This document shows positions 16,711-25,068 of a stretch of 32,000 nt of DNA, piece by piece (position 1 is the stretch's first letter; the number at the start of each line of letters is the position of its first letter). A program made the translations under genes and the position numbers. Below the pieces are notes generated by a model. It did not search any database and had not been told where the DNA came from. It saw only the letters and a list, made by a program, of their open reading frames with translations. Location: the NCBI RefSeq assembly GCF_003751625.1, contig NZ_RJUL01000001.1:18253-50252 (forward strand), in the 5' to 3' direction. The DNA is from Gallaecimonas pentaromativorans (GTDB lineage: Bacteria > Pseudomonadota > Gammaproteobacteria > Enterobacterales > Gallaecimonadaceae).

Positions 16711-18637
16711 AGATTTTGAATTTGCCCACCAGGCCATGAAGCTCGGTACCGAGCCCGGCCAGGGTTTCGGTAGAGTTGGCGGTTTCCTCCGAGGCCTGGG
16801 CGGTTTGCTCGGCAATTTCCCGCACCCGCACCACGCTGCGGTTTATCTCTTCGGCCACGGTGCTTTGCTCTTCGGCGGCGGTGGCGATTTGGTGGTTCAT
16901 GTCCTGGATGCGGGACACGGCATTGGCAATGTCGGTTAAAGACGCACCAGACTGCTGGGCCAGGGTCACGGTTTCGTCGGTGAGCTGGCGGCTGCGCTCC
17001 ATCATCAGCACCGATTCTTGAGTGCCGTGCTGCAGGTTGGCGATGAGGTTTTCAATCTCGGCGGTGGATTCCTGGGTGCGGCGCGCCAGGCCCCGCACTT
17101 CATCGGCTACCACCGCAAAACCGCGCCCGGCTTCACCAGCGCGGGCCGCTTCAATGGCGGCGTTCAGCGCCAGCAGGTTGGTTTGTTCTGCTACCGCTTT
17201 AATCACATCCAGCACGGTGCCGATGCTGTCGCTGTCGGCTTTGAGTTTTTCCATGGCCATGGCGGTATGGCCAATTTCCTGGGAAAGCCCCTCAATTTGT
17301 TGCACGGCCCGGGAAATCACTTTGTTGCCTTCGGCGGTGGTGTGGTCGGCTTCGGAGGCCGCCACAGCGGCCAGCTCGGCGTTGCGGGCCACTTCCTGCA
17401 CGGTGGCGGTCATTTCGTTGATGGCGGTGGCCACCTGATCGGTCTCGGCGCGCTGGCGCTGCATACCGGCACTGTTTTGTTCAGTCACCGCCGACAACTG
17501 CTCGGCAGAGCTGGCCAGTTGCTCGACGCTGCCACTGATCTGGCTCATCACATCGCGCAGGTTCTGGTTCATATGGGCCATGGCTTGCATCAGCTCGCCC
17601 AGCTCGTCTTTGCGCTCTACCCGGATGGTCGTACTCAAATCGCCATCGGCAATGGTGCGAGCCACGTTCACAGTGTCACGCAGCGGCCGCACTATTTGGC
17701 GGGTAATAATCCAAGCGCCCAGCACCCCCAGCATCAACGCCAGCGCCGACACCACAATCAGGGTTAGGATGGCCGAATGGCTGTCGGCTTCACGTTTGTC
17801 GGATTGAGACTCCATCAGGCGGTCAACCTGGGCACCCAGTTTCAGGGCCTCGGTGTCCATCTCTTTACGCAGCGATTCCTGCTCGCCCACCACTTTATTG
17901 AGCTGCAATACATGCTGGCGATAACCGGCCAGGGCCTTGAGGGCGTCATCGAGGATTTGACGGTCACCACCGCCAATATTGAGGGTGTCGGCCAGTTGCT
18001 GGATCTCGGCCATGGTCATGGTGGCGGCATCAAGGTTTTTGCTGCTGCCGTCAAAAATATAACCGCGCATGTAGTAGCGCAGCATGGCCACCCGCTGGTT
18101 GATGTCGGAGGCCAGCAGGGCGTTGGACACCACCGCTTCGTCGGCCATCACCTGAGCCATGCCCCCCAGGCTTTTATTGAGTTCGGTAACCTTGCCCACC
18201 ATGATGTTGCCGATTTTCACCCAACTGGTGCGGATCTCGGCTTTCTTGTTGGACAGCTCCACAAAGCGGGTGAATTCGCTTTGGTACTCTTTGGCAATGC
18301 TGTTGATCTGCTCAATGGTTTTGACATCAACCGGCGCCACAAACAAAGATTTCTTCTCAAGAGCAATGCTGGCAATCTTTTTGATGGCCTTATCAAAGTC
18401 GCCGACTTTGGCGTCATCCCCCGACACCAGATAATCGCGGCGGCTCACCTCGGCGTCCATCAACAGGTCGTTGACCATCCCCCCAACAGCGACTTTATCG
18501 CTTCTTGCCAGCATGGCATTTAACCCACGGCTCCCGGTCACGGCCACCACCAGGGTCAGCACCAGCACGATGCCAAAGCCCCAAGAGAGCTTGGCGGCGA
18601 CTGACAGGTTATCCATGATACGGGTTAGGTTACTCAT
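16709..18637 (-). CDS. Methyl-accepting chemotaxis protein with a ~260-aa all-helical periplasmic sensor domain and HAMP
   Basis: TM1, helical ligand-binding region, TM2, then HAMP ([19 protein letters not shown]). Conserved signalling hairpin [35 protein letters not shown]. The track ORF opens at the ATG at 18661; I prefer the ATG at 18637 (MSNLTRI..., AGAGG upstream). Confidence 0.9.
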   Translation of the reverse strand: MSNLTRIMDNLSVAAKLSWGFGIVLVLTLVVAVTGSRGLNAMLARSDKVAVGGMVNDLLMDAEVSRRDYLVSGDDAKVGDFDKAIKKIASIALEKKSLFVAPVDVKTIEQINSIAKEYQSEFTRFVELSNKKAEIRTSWVKIGNIMVGKVTELNKSLGGMAQVMADEAVVSNALLASDINQRVAMLRYYMRGYIFDGSSKNLDAATMTMAEIQQLADTLNIGGGDRQILDDALKALAGYRQHVLQLNKVVGEQESLRKEMDTEALKLGAQVDRLMESQSDKREADSHSAILTLIVVSALALMLGVLGAWIITRQIVRPLRDTVNVARTIADGDLSTTIRVERKDELGELMQAMAHMNQNLRDVMSQISGSVEQLASSAEQLSAVTEQNSAGMQRQRAETDQVATAINEMTATVQEVARNAELAAVAASEADHTTAEGNKVISRAVQQIEGLSQEIGHTAMAMEKLKADSDSIGTVLDVIKAVAEQTNLLALNAAIEAARAGEAGRGFAVVADEVRGLARRTQESTAEIENLIANLQHGTQESVLMMERSRQLTDETVTLAQQSGASLTDIANAVSRIQDMNHQIATAAEEQSTVAEEINRSVVRVREIAEQTAQASEETANSTETLAGLGTELHGLVGKFKI

Positions 18638-18674
18638 CGGGGGGTTGCCTCTTTTATGCACGAGCTGCCCATCT

Positions 18675-18701
18675 ATAGCGACACCGGTGCGCGGATCTTG
18701 A
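18675..18701 (-). promoter_or_regulatory. Possible sigma-28 (FliA)-type promoter for the MCP gene
   Basis: The minus strand reads TCAAG-N14-GTCGCTAT, against the TCAAG/TAAAG-N14-GCCGATAA consensus. The -35 element matches the TCAAG variant; the -10 element matches 5 of 8 positions. Weak evidence. Confidence 0.25.
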
Positions 18702-18772
18702 GCTGACCATAGATGAAACTCAAGGTTTTTGGGGTGACCGAAATCAACAAGCCATCATTTAACATGATGATA

Positions 18773-18791
18773 ATCATGACGTTTTACTTGC
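18773..18791. promoter_or_regulatory. Fur-box-like palindrome in the divergent MCP / EAL intergenic region
   Basis: CATGATGATAATCATGACG. The core TGATAATCAT is identical to the centre of the Fur consensus GATAATGATAATCATTATC (about 14 of 19 overall). It also forms the inverted repeat CATGAT-gata-ATCATG. Confidence 0.35.
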
Positions 18792-19098
18792 TTAACCAGC
18801 AGTTCAATCTTTGCTCTCAAAAGTAGCCGAAAACCCCATGGCTGCCACCTGTAACAAACCCCCTACTCTGTCGGCCCAGTACGAGGCCGGAAGGTCGCCG
18901 ACACTAGGCATATGTCTAAAGCCGCGCGACTTTTTGGCCTTTTTTTGATCAAGATGGCCTTTTTGCACTGCGCGGCGGCCAAGGTTCCCTCTGGCCACTG
19001 GCGCAGTTAAAAACAACAAGATAAGGTGGCAGTTCGCGTAAACAGTAAGCACTAATAAACCGGCCAGCCGTTACGGCGCCCACGACACGGATGTACCG

Positions 19099-20652
19099 AT
19101 GCCCTTCAGGACCCAACTGGCCAGACACACCTTTTCGACCTTATTGTCCGTTGTTGCCGCGGTGCTGTGCTTTGTGATTGCCCTGCAACTGATCCTGGCC
19201 AGCGCTCGCCATGAGCTGCAACAAAACGGCCAGGAGACCCTGGCCACCTTCGACGCCATTTTCGGCGAGATCCAATCGGTCACCGATGCCCTCAACCGCC
19301 TCGGCTACGCCGATTGCAACCGCGACAACCTGCTGGCCATGCGCCGGGCCGTATTTAATGCCAACTACATCAAGGGCATTGGCTTTTTCCAAGACGGCAA
19401 ACTGGTGTGCGCCACCAGCTCAGGAAGATTAAAAACGCCGCTCACCGAGCCCAAACCCGATTACCAAGATGCCCAAGGCAATCAATTCTGGCTGCGCTCG
19501 CGGATCATGCTGTTTCGTGACGACAGCACCCCCCGTTACGCTTTTATCGCCCAGCGAGGCCGCTATAACGTGGTGCTTGAATTGCAGCAAAAGCTGGCCG
19601 TTGAGATGCGCAATGCCCGGGATTGGGAACTGCTTTTCCAAGGCCAGGGCCACCCGCCGGTGCACATGGCCGGGGTGCAGGGATTGTTCGATGGCAGCCT
19701 GGCTCAGGAACAGCTCACCAATACCAGTTTTAGCGCTTGTAGCAGCCAATACCCTCAATATTGCCTGGCCCTTCGCCAGTCATCACAGGCGGTGCTTGAG
19801 CAAAACAGCTACCTGATGGTGGTGGCTTTTATCTTCAGCTTGATAGTGGGCGCCGCCACCAGCATCGGCCAAAGTTTGTATCGCGATTACCGCAGTTCCA
19901 TCCGGGTCAGGTTACGCCAGGGCTTGAGGCATCAAGGCTTCTACTGGCTGCTACAACCTGTGGTGGACATGGCCTCCGGCAAGGTGATTGGCGCTGAGGC
20001 TCTGGCCCGCTTTGCTGACGACATCGGGCCGTTATCGCCGGATCAGTTTATCGACCGCTTACGGGAGCTGGAGCTGGCCTGGCCCTTTACGGTGCAGATG
20101 CTAAACCGCACCTTGACCGAGCTTGAAGCCTGCACCGAACTGCCGGCGGGCTTTAAGGTGAGTTTTAATATCTACCCTCACCTGCTTGCCACGGGCGCCA
20201 TTCGCGAATTAATGGCGCTGCCGGTCATCAAGGCCAGCCGATTTAAATTGGTGTTTGAGGTTACCGAAGACGAAGAACTGGACAAGGCCCAGGCACAAGC
20301 CAACCTGCACTACCTGCGCCAGCAGGGCATTGGCCTGGCGGTGGATGACTTTGGCACCGGTTATGCCAACCTAGGCCAGCTCATCAAGATGGATTGCGAT
20401 CTGTTGAAGATCGATCGCAGTTTCGTCACCGACATGGAAGAGCACAGCGTACGCTCTTCCCTTATCCCCCAAATCGTCGGCATCGCCCGCCAGCTGAATG
20501 TGCAGTTGGTGGCCGAAGGGGTAGAGAACGAGCGCCAATACCAAGCCCTTAGAAAACTTGGGGTGGATTACGCCCAGGGTTGGCTGTTTGGTAAACCCAT
20601 GACCTTAGGCGAATTGGTTGTGTTACTGGAGCAACAAGCCGCAGCGGCCTGA
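19099..20652 (+). CDS. CSS-motif-like periplasmic domain / EAL c-di-GMP phosphodiesterase
   Basis: TM1 (aa 12-35), then a periplasmic region with two Cys (C73, and C104 in the CATSS context), TM2 around aa 235-255, then an EAL domain (EALARF, DDFGTGYANL, KIDRSF, EGVENE, QGWLFGKP). This is the architecture of the E. coli PdeB/C/D/G/N group. Confidence 0.85.
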   Translation: MPFRTQLARHTFSTLLSVVAAVLCFVIALQLILASARHELQQNGQETLATFDAIFGEIQSVTDALNRLGYADCNRDNLLAMRRAVFNANYIKGIGFFQDGKLVCATSSGRLKTPLTEPKPDYQDAQGNQFWLRSRIMLFRDDSTPRYAFIAQRGRYNVVLELQQKLAVEMRNARDWELLFQGQGHPPVHMAGVQGLFDGSLAQEQLTNTSFSACSSQYPQYCLALRQSSQAVLEQNSYLMVVAFIFSLIVGAATSIGQSLYRDYRSSIRVRLRQGLRHQGFYWLLQPVVDMASGKVIGAEALARFADDIGPLSPDQFIDRLRELELAWPFTVQMLNRTLTELEACTELPAGFKVSFNIYPHLLATGAIRELMALPVIKASRFKLVFEVTEDEELDKAQAQANLHYLRQQGIGLAVDDFGTGYANLGQLIKMDCDLLKIDRSFVTDMEEHSVRSSLIPQIVGIARQLNVQLVAEGVENERQYQALRKLGVDYAQGWLFGKPMTLGELVVLLEQQAAAA

Positions 20653-20735
20653 GGGAAGCCCTTCCTCTTAGGAAACCGACAAGACGCCTTTACCTTGAAG
20701 CTGTCCAACAGGGACACACTATCAAGGAGAAGATC

Positions 20736-20960
20736 ATGCCTACCATTACCCTCGTTCAAAATGCCGACAACCAAAACGGTGTTCACAACATGCGTGGCCA
20801 GCCGGGTGGTATCCCGCTGACGGGCCTTGCCGGTGACCATGCCGTCTTTACCTGTACCAATCCCTTGGCCACCATCCAGGGTATCACCAGCGTTGATATC
20901 GTTTATAACACTGGCGTCCCGGCCCCGGAAACCATCCAGGTAAGCTCGGTACAGCCCTGA
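20736..20960 (+). CDS. Hypothetical 74-aa protein, no recognisable family
   Basis: Canonical SD AAGGAG (20724-20729) 6 nt before the ATG. Codon third positions are G/C-rich like the neighbours. No signal peptide or TM. The composition looks beta-rich. Confidence 0.55.
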   Translation: MPTITLVQNADNQNGVHNMRGQPGGIPLTGLAGDHAVFTCTNPLATIQGITSVDIVYNTGVPAPETIQVSSVQP

Positions 20961-21123
20961 GCCAAAGCCGGTTGCTGCGGTAGCCGGCTTATTTCCCTTC
21001 AGCGAGTCAATACCCCCACTTCACCGCATCACCCTGGAAAAGCTTCCCCTGCCAACCCGCAACGGCGCTTTTTATCCTGCCCTTAACCGGCAACCGCCGG
21101 CACTCAAGGAAAGGAGAACACCC

Positions 21124-21660
21124 ATGCCTGTAATCGTCCGTCACCTCACTCCCAACAACGCTCTGCAACCCGGCTATGCCACGGCCCAAGTGCTGGCCCA
21201 GGAAACGGTGCTGCATTTTGCCGCCGTGCGCGGCACCAATGTCGGCATAGGCCCGGCTTCTTGCTGCGCAGCGCTTGCCGTACAGCCCACCCATCAGTTC
21301 CCGGCTCTGCCGGGCCAGGGCTTTGGGGTGGCTTTTGGCAATTCGCAAGTGGCCGCTGGCGGCCTCGACCAAGGCCCGGTTGGCAACCACGCCGAGCGCT
21401 GCGCCCTCACCGCTGCCGGCAATAACCACCTGGCGCTGACCAACCCAGCCGTGATGTTTGTCGAGCTGGCGCCCTGCAATGGCTGCCTGAATTGGTTGGA
21501 GGGTAACGGTGGCGGCGTTGCCAACCCTTACGATTTTGGCCCACATGGCGACACCCTGAATGTCTGGTACGCCTTTGACTACCCGGATGTTAACCAGGCC
21601 CTACAGGCCTTTCATCTGCTGCCCATCGACCAGCAACAAGCCGCTGTGGCGCTGTGGTAA
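21124..21660 (+). CDS. Hypothetical protein with a cytidine-deaminase-fold zinc signature (HAE ... PCxxC)
   Basis: SD AAGGAG (21111-21116) 7 nt before the ATG. HAE at aa 89-91 (nt 21388-21396) and PCNGC at aa 117-121 (nt 21472-21486). A strong terminator follows immediately. The antisense ORF 21007-21546 is judged a shadow. Confidence 0.65.
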   Translation: MPVIVRHLTPNNALQPGYATAQVLAQETVLHFAAVRGTNVGIGPASCCAALAVQPTHQFPALPGQGFGVAFGNSQVAAGGLDQGPVGNHAERCALTAAGNNHLALTNPAVMFVELAPCNGCLNWLEGNGGGVANPYDFGPHGDTLNVWYAFDYPDVNQALQAFHLLPIDQQQAAVALW

Positions 21661-21669
21661 CGCCTCAAG

Positions 21670-21697
21670 ATACGGGGGCAAAAGCCCCCGTATTTTC
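21670..21697 (+). terminator. Rho-independent terminator
   Basis: ATACGGGGGC-aaaa-GCCCCCGTAT followed by TTTC. Confidence 0.85.
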
Positions 21698-21793
21698 AAA
21701 GTAGCATTGAAAGTGAATCTGCAATTTCAGCGTTTTACTTGCGCGAAGCAGCGGTTAGGGTAAGCACTCCCCCAACCTCGCTGCAGGACCCCA

Positions 21794-22447
21794 ATGAACA
21801 TCACCGATTTTGCCAAGGCCCGCTATTCCACCAAGGCCTTTGACCCCAGCAAAACCATTAGCGACGACAAAATAGCCCAGCTCATGGAGCTGGCACGCTT
21901 TAGCCCCTCAAGCGTTAACTCCCAGCCCTGGCACCTGATCTTGGCCGCGACCGAAGAAGGCAAAAACCGCATCGCCAAAGCGGCTCAGGGTGGTTACAGC
22001 TTTAACGAAGCGAAAATCAAAAACGCCTCCCATGTACTGGTGTTTTGCGCCAAAACCAGTATTGATGAGCACTACATCGAAGAGCTTATCGCCACCGAAG
22101 ATGCCGATGGCCGTTACCCCACCGAAGAAGCCAAAGTCGGTGGCCGCCGGGGCCGCACCTTTTTTGTCAATCAGCACCGCTTTGCCCTTAAAGATGCCCA
22201 GCATTGGATGGAAAAGCAGGTATACCTGAACCTCGGCACCGTGCTGCTGGGCGCCGCAACGCTGGATATCGATGCGGTCCCCATCGAAGGCTTTGACGCC
22301 CAGGTCCTGGACGCCGAGTTCGACCTGCACGCCAAGGGCTATACCAGCCTGGTGATTGTGGCCCTGGGCTATCACAGCGAAGACGATTTCAATAAAAAGC
22401 TGCCCAAGTCTCGCTGGCCGTTGTCGCGCATCTTTACCGAGTGCTGA
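21794..22447 (+). CDS. nfsB: Oxygen-insensitive NAD(P)H nitroreductase (NfsB/NfnB family)
   Basis: ARYSTKAFDPSK...FSPSSVNSQPWHLILAATEEGKNRIAKAA...ASHVLVFCAKTS parallels E. coli NfsB (RHSTKAFD...[29 protein letters not shown]...). At 217 aa it is the same length class. Confidence 0.9.
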   Translation: MNITDFAKARYSTKAFDPSKTISDDKIAQLMELARFSPSSVNSQPWHLILAATEEGKNRIAKAAQGGYSFNEAKIKNASHVLVFCAKTSIDEHYIEELIATEDADGRYPTEEAKVGGRRGRTFFVNQHRFALKDAQHWMEKQVYLNLGTVLLGAATLDIDAVPIEGFDAQVLDAEFDLHAKGYTSLVIVALGYHSEDDFNKKLPKSRWPLSRIFTEC

Positions 22448-22478
22448 AAAAACACCGGCCATGGGCCGGTGTTTTTTA
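22446..22478 (+). terminator. Rho-independent terminator
   Basis: AAAAAACACCGGCC-atg-GGCCGGTGTTTTTT. Confidence 0.9.
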
Positions 22479-22582
22479 TCTCCCCCGTTTTAGCGCAGCC
22501 TGGTCTTTACCGGGCCTGCCGCCAGGGTTAAGGTAATCCGAATTTACCTTTTAATAACAATAAAACGGATAGGGAAAGCCCC

Positions 22583-23026
22583 ATGAAAAAAGCCCTTTTT
22601 GCGCTGCTGCTCACCCAAGCCAGCCTGCTCCCGCAACCGGTATTGGCTGCCGATGCCTCGGCCAATCTTGGCCAGTGTTTGATTGATTCTCTTAATGGCC
22701 GGGAACGTAAGCAATTGGCCCAGTGGATCTTCTTTGCCATGTCCAAACACCCCGACATCCAGCAATACGCCAAGGTCAGCGCCCAGGACATCACCCTTTC
22801 CAATAAAAGTACCGGCGCCCTTATCACCCGCCTGTTAACCGAAGACTGCCCGGCCCAGGCCAGTGCCGCCCTGAAAACCTCCCCCACCGCCTGGCAAGGC
22901 GCCTTTCAGATGGTGGGCCAGGTCGCCATGCAGGAGCTGATGACCAACCCCGATGTTAGCGCTGCCGTGACCGGTTATACCCAGTATCTGGACATGGACA
23001 AGATCCGCGAATTGGGAGCCAAGTAA
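22583..23026 (+). CDS. Hypothetical secreted (periplasmic) protein, helical, two Cys
   Basis: Signal peptide MKKALFALLLTQASLLPQPVLAADA. No recognised motif. Confidence 0.6.
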   Translation: MKKALFALLLTQASLLPQPVLAADASANLGQCLIDSLNGRERKQLAQWIFFAMSKHPDIQQYAKVSAQDITLSNKSTGALITRLLTEDCPAQASAALKTSPTAWQGAFQMVGQVAMQELMTNPDVSAAVTGYTQYLDMDKIRELGAK

Positions 23027-23142
23027 CACTTTAAGGCTTGGCCGGTAACAGCCCGGCTGCCTTGGTAACATTTCTTAATAAAGCGCTAAGCAACGGCTCT
23101 GAGGATGAGCCCGTCCTTGTCGTAACCAGGTAAGCCGTACCG

Positions 23143-23682
23143 ATGAAGTTCCATTCCATGAAGCTGGCCGCCGCCATTGGCCTTTGCAGCGCATTTGGCG
23201 CCCACGCCTCCGATACCTGGGAAACCATCAGCAATGTCAGTACCGATGCCCTGATCGCCGGGGCCTTTGTGGTGCCCGCCTACAAACAAGATTGGGAAGG
23301 CGCCAAGCAAGCGGCCTTTTCCATCGGCAGCGCCGCCGGTACCAGCATTGTGGCCAAGCACCTTATTCATGAGGAGCGCCCGGACCACAGCGGTGACGAC
23401 AGCTTCCCGTCCAACCACGCCAGCGCCGCCTTTGCCGCCGCCACCACCCTGAACATCCGTTACGGCTGGCAATACGGGGTGCCGGCCTATGGCTTGGCAG
23501 CACTCACCGCCGTTGGCCGGGTGCAGGCTGACCGCCACTACTGGAAAGACGTGGTGGCCGGCGCCGCCATCGGTACCACCGCCGGTTATCTCTTTACCCA
23601 TAAGTTCAGTGACAACCTGGCTATCGCCCCCTGGTTTGACGGCCATGGCGACACCGGGGTGATGGTCTCCATGCGCTGGTAA
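23143..23682 (+). CDS. PAP2-family phosphatase, secreted or membrane-associated
   Basis: Signal peptide ending in AHA. PAP2 motifs KHLIHEERP (KxxxxxxRP), PSNH (the PSGH position) and GRVQADRHYWKDV (SRxxxxxHxxxD). Confidence 0.85.
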   Translation: MKFHSMKLAAAIGLCSAFGAHASDTWETISNVSTDALIAGAFVVPAYKQDWEGAKQAAFSIGSAAGTSIVAKHLIHEERPDHSGDDSFPSNHASAAFAAATTLNIRYGWQYGVPAYGLAALTAVGRVQADRHYWKDVVAGAAIGTTAGYLFTHKFSDNLAIAPWFDGHGDTGVMVSMRW

Positions 23683-23742
23683 GCCGTGTTCTAAGAAAAA
23701 GGAGGCCAGAGAACCTCCTTGTTCACCCGCCGCCAAGACGAC

Positions 23743-23769
23743 AAAAGCCCGGCCGAAGCCGGGCTTTAA
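23743..23769. terminator. Bidirectional terminator between convergent PAP2 and hydrolase genes
   Basis: AAAGCCCGGC-cgaa-GCCGGGCTTT. Confidence 0.75.
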
Positions 23770-23790
23770 CACGCAAAGAGAGTGGGTGGC

Positions 23791-24633
23791 TTAGCCTTTG
23801 ATAAAGGCCAGCACGTCGGCGTTGAATTTGTCGGGCTCGATTTGGGCAAGACCGTGGCTGGCACCGGGGTAAACCAGCAAGGTAGCGTCTTTGACTATCT
23901 TGGCGGTCTTTTCGGCGGAGGCGGCAATAGGCACGATTTGGTCGTCGTCACCGTGGATAACCAGGGTCGGCTTGTCAATTTTCTTAAGGTCTTCGGTGTA
24001 ATCGACTTCAGAGAACTCGCGGACACAGTCGAATTCGCCCTTGATGCCGCCTTGCATGCCCATCAGCCAGAACGACTCTTGCAAGCCGGGTTTCACTTCA
24101 GCGCCTTCACGGTTAAAGCCGTAGAAGGGCACAGTCAAATCTTTAAAGAACTGGGCGCGGTTGGTGGCAGTGCCTTGGCGGATACCGTCGAACACCTCCA
24201 TGGGGGTGCCTTCAGGGTTGGCATCGGTTTTGAGCATCAGCGGCGGTACGGCGCCAACCAGCACCATTTTGGCGACACGGGCAGAGCCATGGCGACCCAC
24301 ATAGTGGGCAATTTCGCCGCCGCCGGTGGAGTGACCAATCAGAATGGCATCTTTGAGATCCAGCGCTTCGATAACCTCGGCCAGGTCGTCAGCGTATTGG
24401 TCCATGTTGTTGCCGTCCCAGGGCTGGTCGGAATTACCGTGACCACGGCGGTCGTGGGCAATAACACGGTAGCCGTTCATGCCGAAAAACAGCATTTGGG
24501 CGTCCCAGGCGTCACCGGCCAGAGGCCAGCCGTGGGAAAACACGATAGGTTGGCCGGTGCCCCAGTCTTTATAAGCGATGCGGGTGCCGTCTTTGGTGGT
24601 GATGTATTGGGTGCTGGTGGTGTCGATAGACAT
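23791..24633 (-). CDS. Alpha/beta hydrolase, non-haem haloperoxidase / arylesterase type
   Basis: [41 protein letters not shown]...[18 protein letters not shown]...[10 protein letters not shown] (GxSxG). Start taken at the ATG at 24633 (GAGGAA upstream), not the upstream ATG at 24663. Confidence 0.9.
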   Translation of the reverse strand: MSIDTTSTQYITTKDGTRIAYKDWGTGQPIVFSHGWPLAGDAWDAQMLFFGMNGYRVIAHDRRGHGNSDQPWDGNNMDQYADDLAEVIEALDLKDAILIGHSTGGGEIAHYVGRHGSARVAKMVLVGAVPPLMLKTDANPEGTPMEVFDGIRQGTATNRAQFFKDLTVPFYGFNREGAEVKPGLQESFWLMGMQGGIKGEFDCVREFSEVDYTEDLKKIDKPTLVIHGDDDQIVPIAASAEKTAKIVKDATLLVYPGASHGLAQIEPDKFNADVLAFIKG

Positions 24634-25027
24634 AATTGATTCCTCGAAAATTTGGCCCTGCATTGAGGGGGATTTATCAAAAACCCGAGCCTGGATACCG
24701 GTTCATTCGTGGCTGCTTCATCTGGATAAAAATGAACAGGTATCAGCGACTCAAGATGCCTATCCAAGGTAGAGGAATCAGGATTTTTTTAAAGGCGGCA
24801 TCTGAAAAAACTCTTGTTCCTTAAATGGATACAATGACATAGCGCTGTCACAACCAATGCACTGACCCCACGCCATTTTTTGAAACCTGCCTTACATAAC
24901 TTAATCGCTTATTTACCGGCTCTGCTTTTTTGGCGTTAATTCACATTAACGGCGGCGCAAATAGTAAAAGGGCACGTCATTTAAGACATGCCCCCAAGTC
25001 ACACCTAAAAATAGCGGCCATAAGAAA

Positions 25028-25049
25028 CCGTTAATAACCTCATTAACGG
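25028..25049 (-). terminator. Possible terminator of the second MCP gene (A/T-rich stem)
   Basis: CCGTTAAT-N6-ATTAACGG. The minus strand continues TTTCTTAT. It lies 20 nt past the stop codon. Confidence 0.4.
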
Positions 25050-25068
25050 CCTGTTCATGGCCAGCTTA

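Noticed and set aside
18804-19052. 82-aa minus-strand ORF in the MCP / EAL intergenic region
   Set aside because: It has no SD and a K/R-rich low-complexity middle produced by A/T runs, with no recognisable domain. It is kept only as part of the unexplained-intergenic finding.
18662-19098. Possible c-di-GMP (GEMM-I) riboswitch upstream of the EAL or MCP gene
   Set aside because: I looked on both strands for the conserved GGCAAA / ACGCAAAGCC-type blocks and the tetraloop-receptor arrangement. Only a partial AAAGCC was found, which is not a credible match by eye.
20652-20700. GAGGGAAGCCCTTCCTC hairpin after the EAL gene as a terminator
   Set aside because: The stem is only ~5 bp with a 2-4-nt loop and no U-tract. 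That is too weak to call, so read-through from the EAL gene into the 74-aa ORF cannot be excluded.
21007-21546. 179-aa minus-strand ORF antisense to the deaminase-like gene
   Set aside because: It has no SD and an R/G/A-rich composition typical of a shadow frame. The plus-strand ORF has a canonical SD, a terminator and a coherent catalytic motif pair.
23086-24639. Long antisense ORFs (23086-23772 minus, 23782-24639 plus) opposite the PAP2 and hydrolase genes
   Set aside because: Both are G/H/V-rich low-complexity translations. The opposite strands carry complete PAP2 and alpha/beta-hydrolase motif sets.
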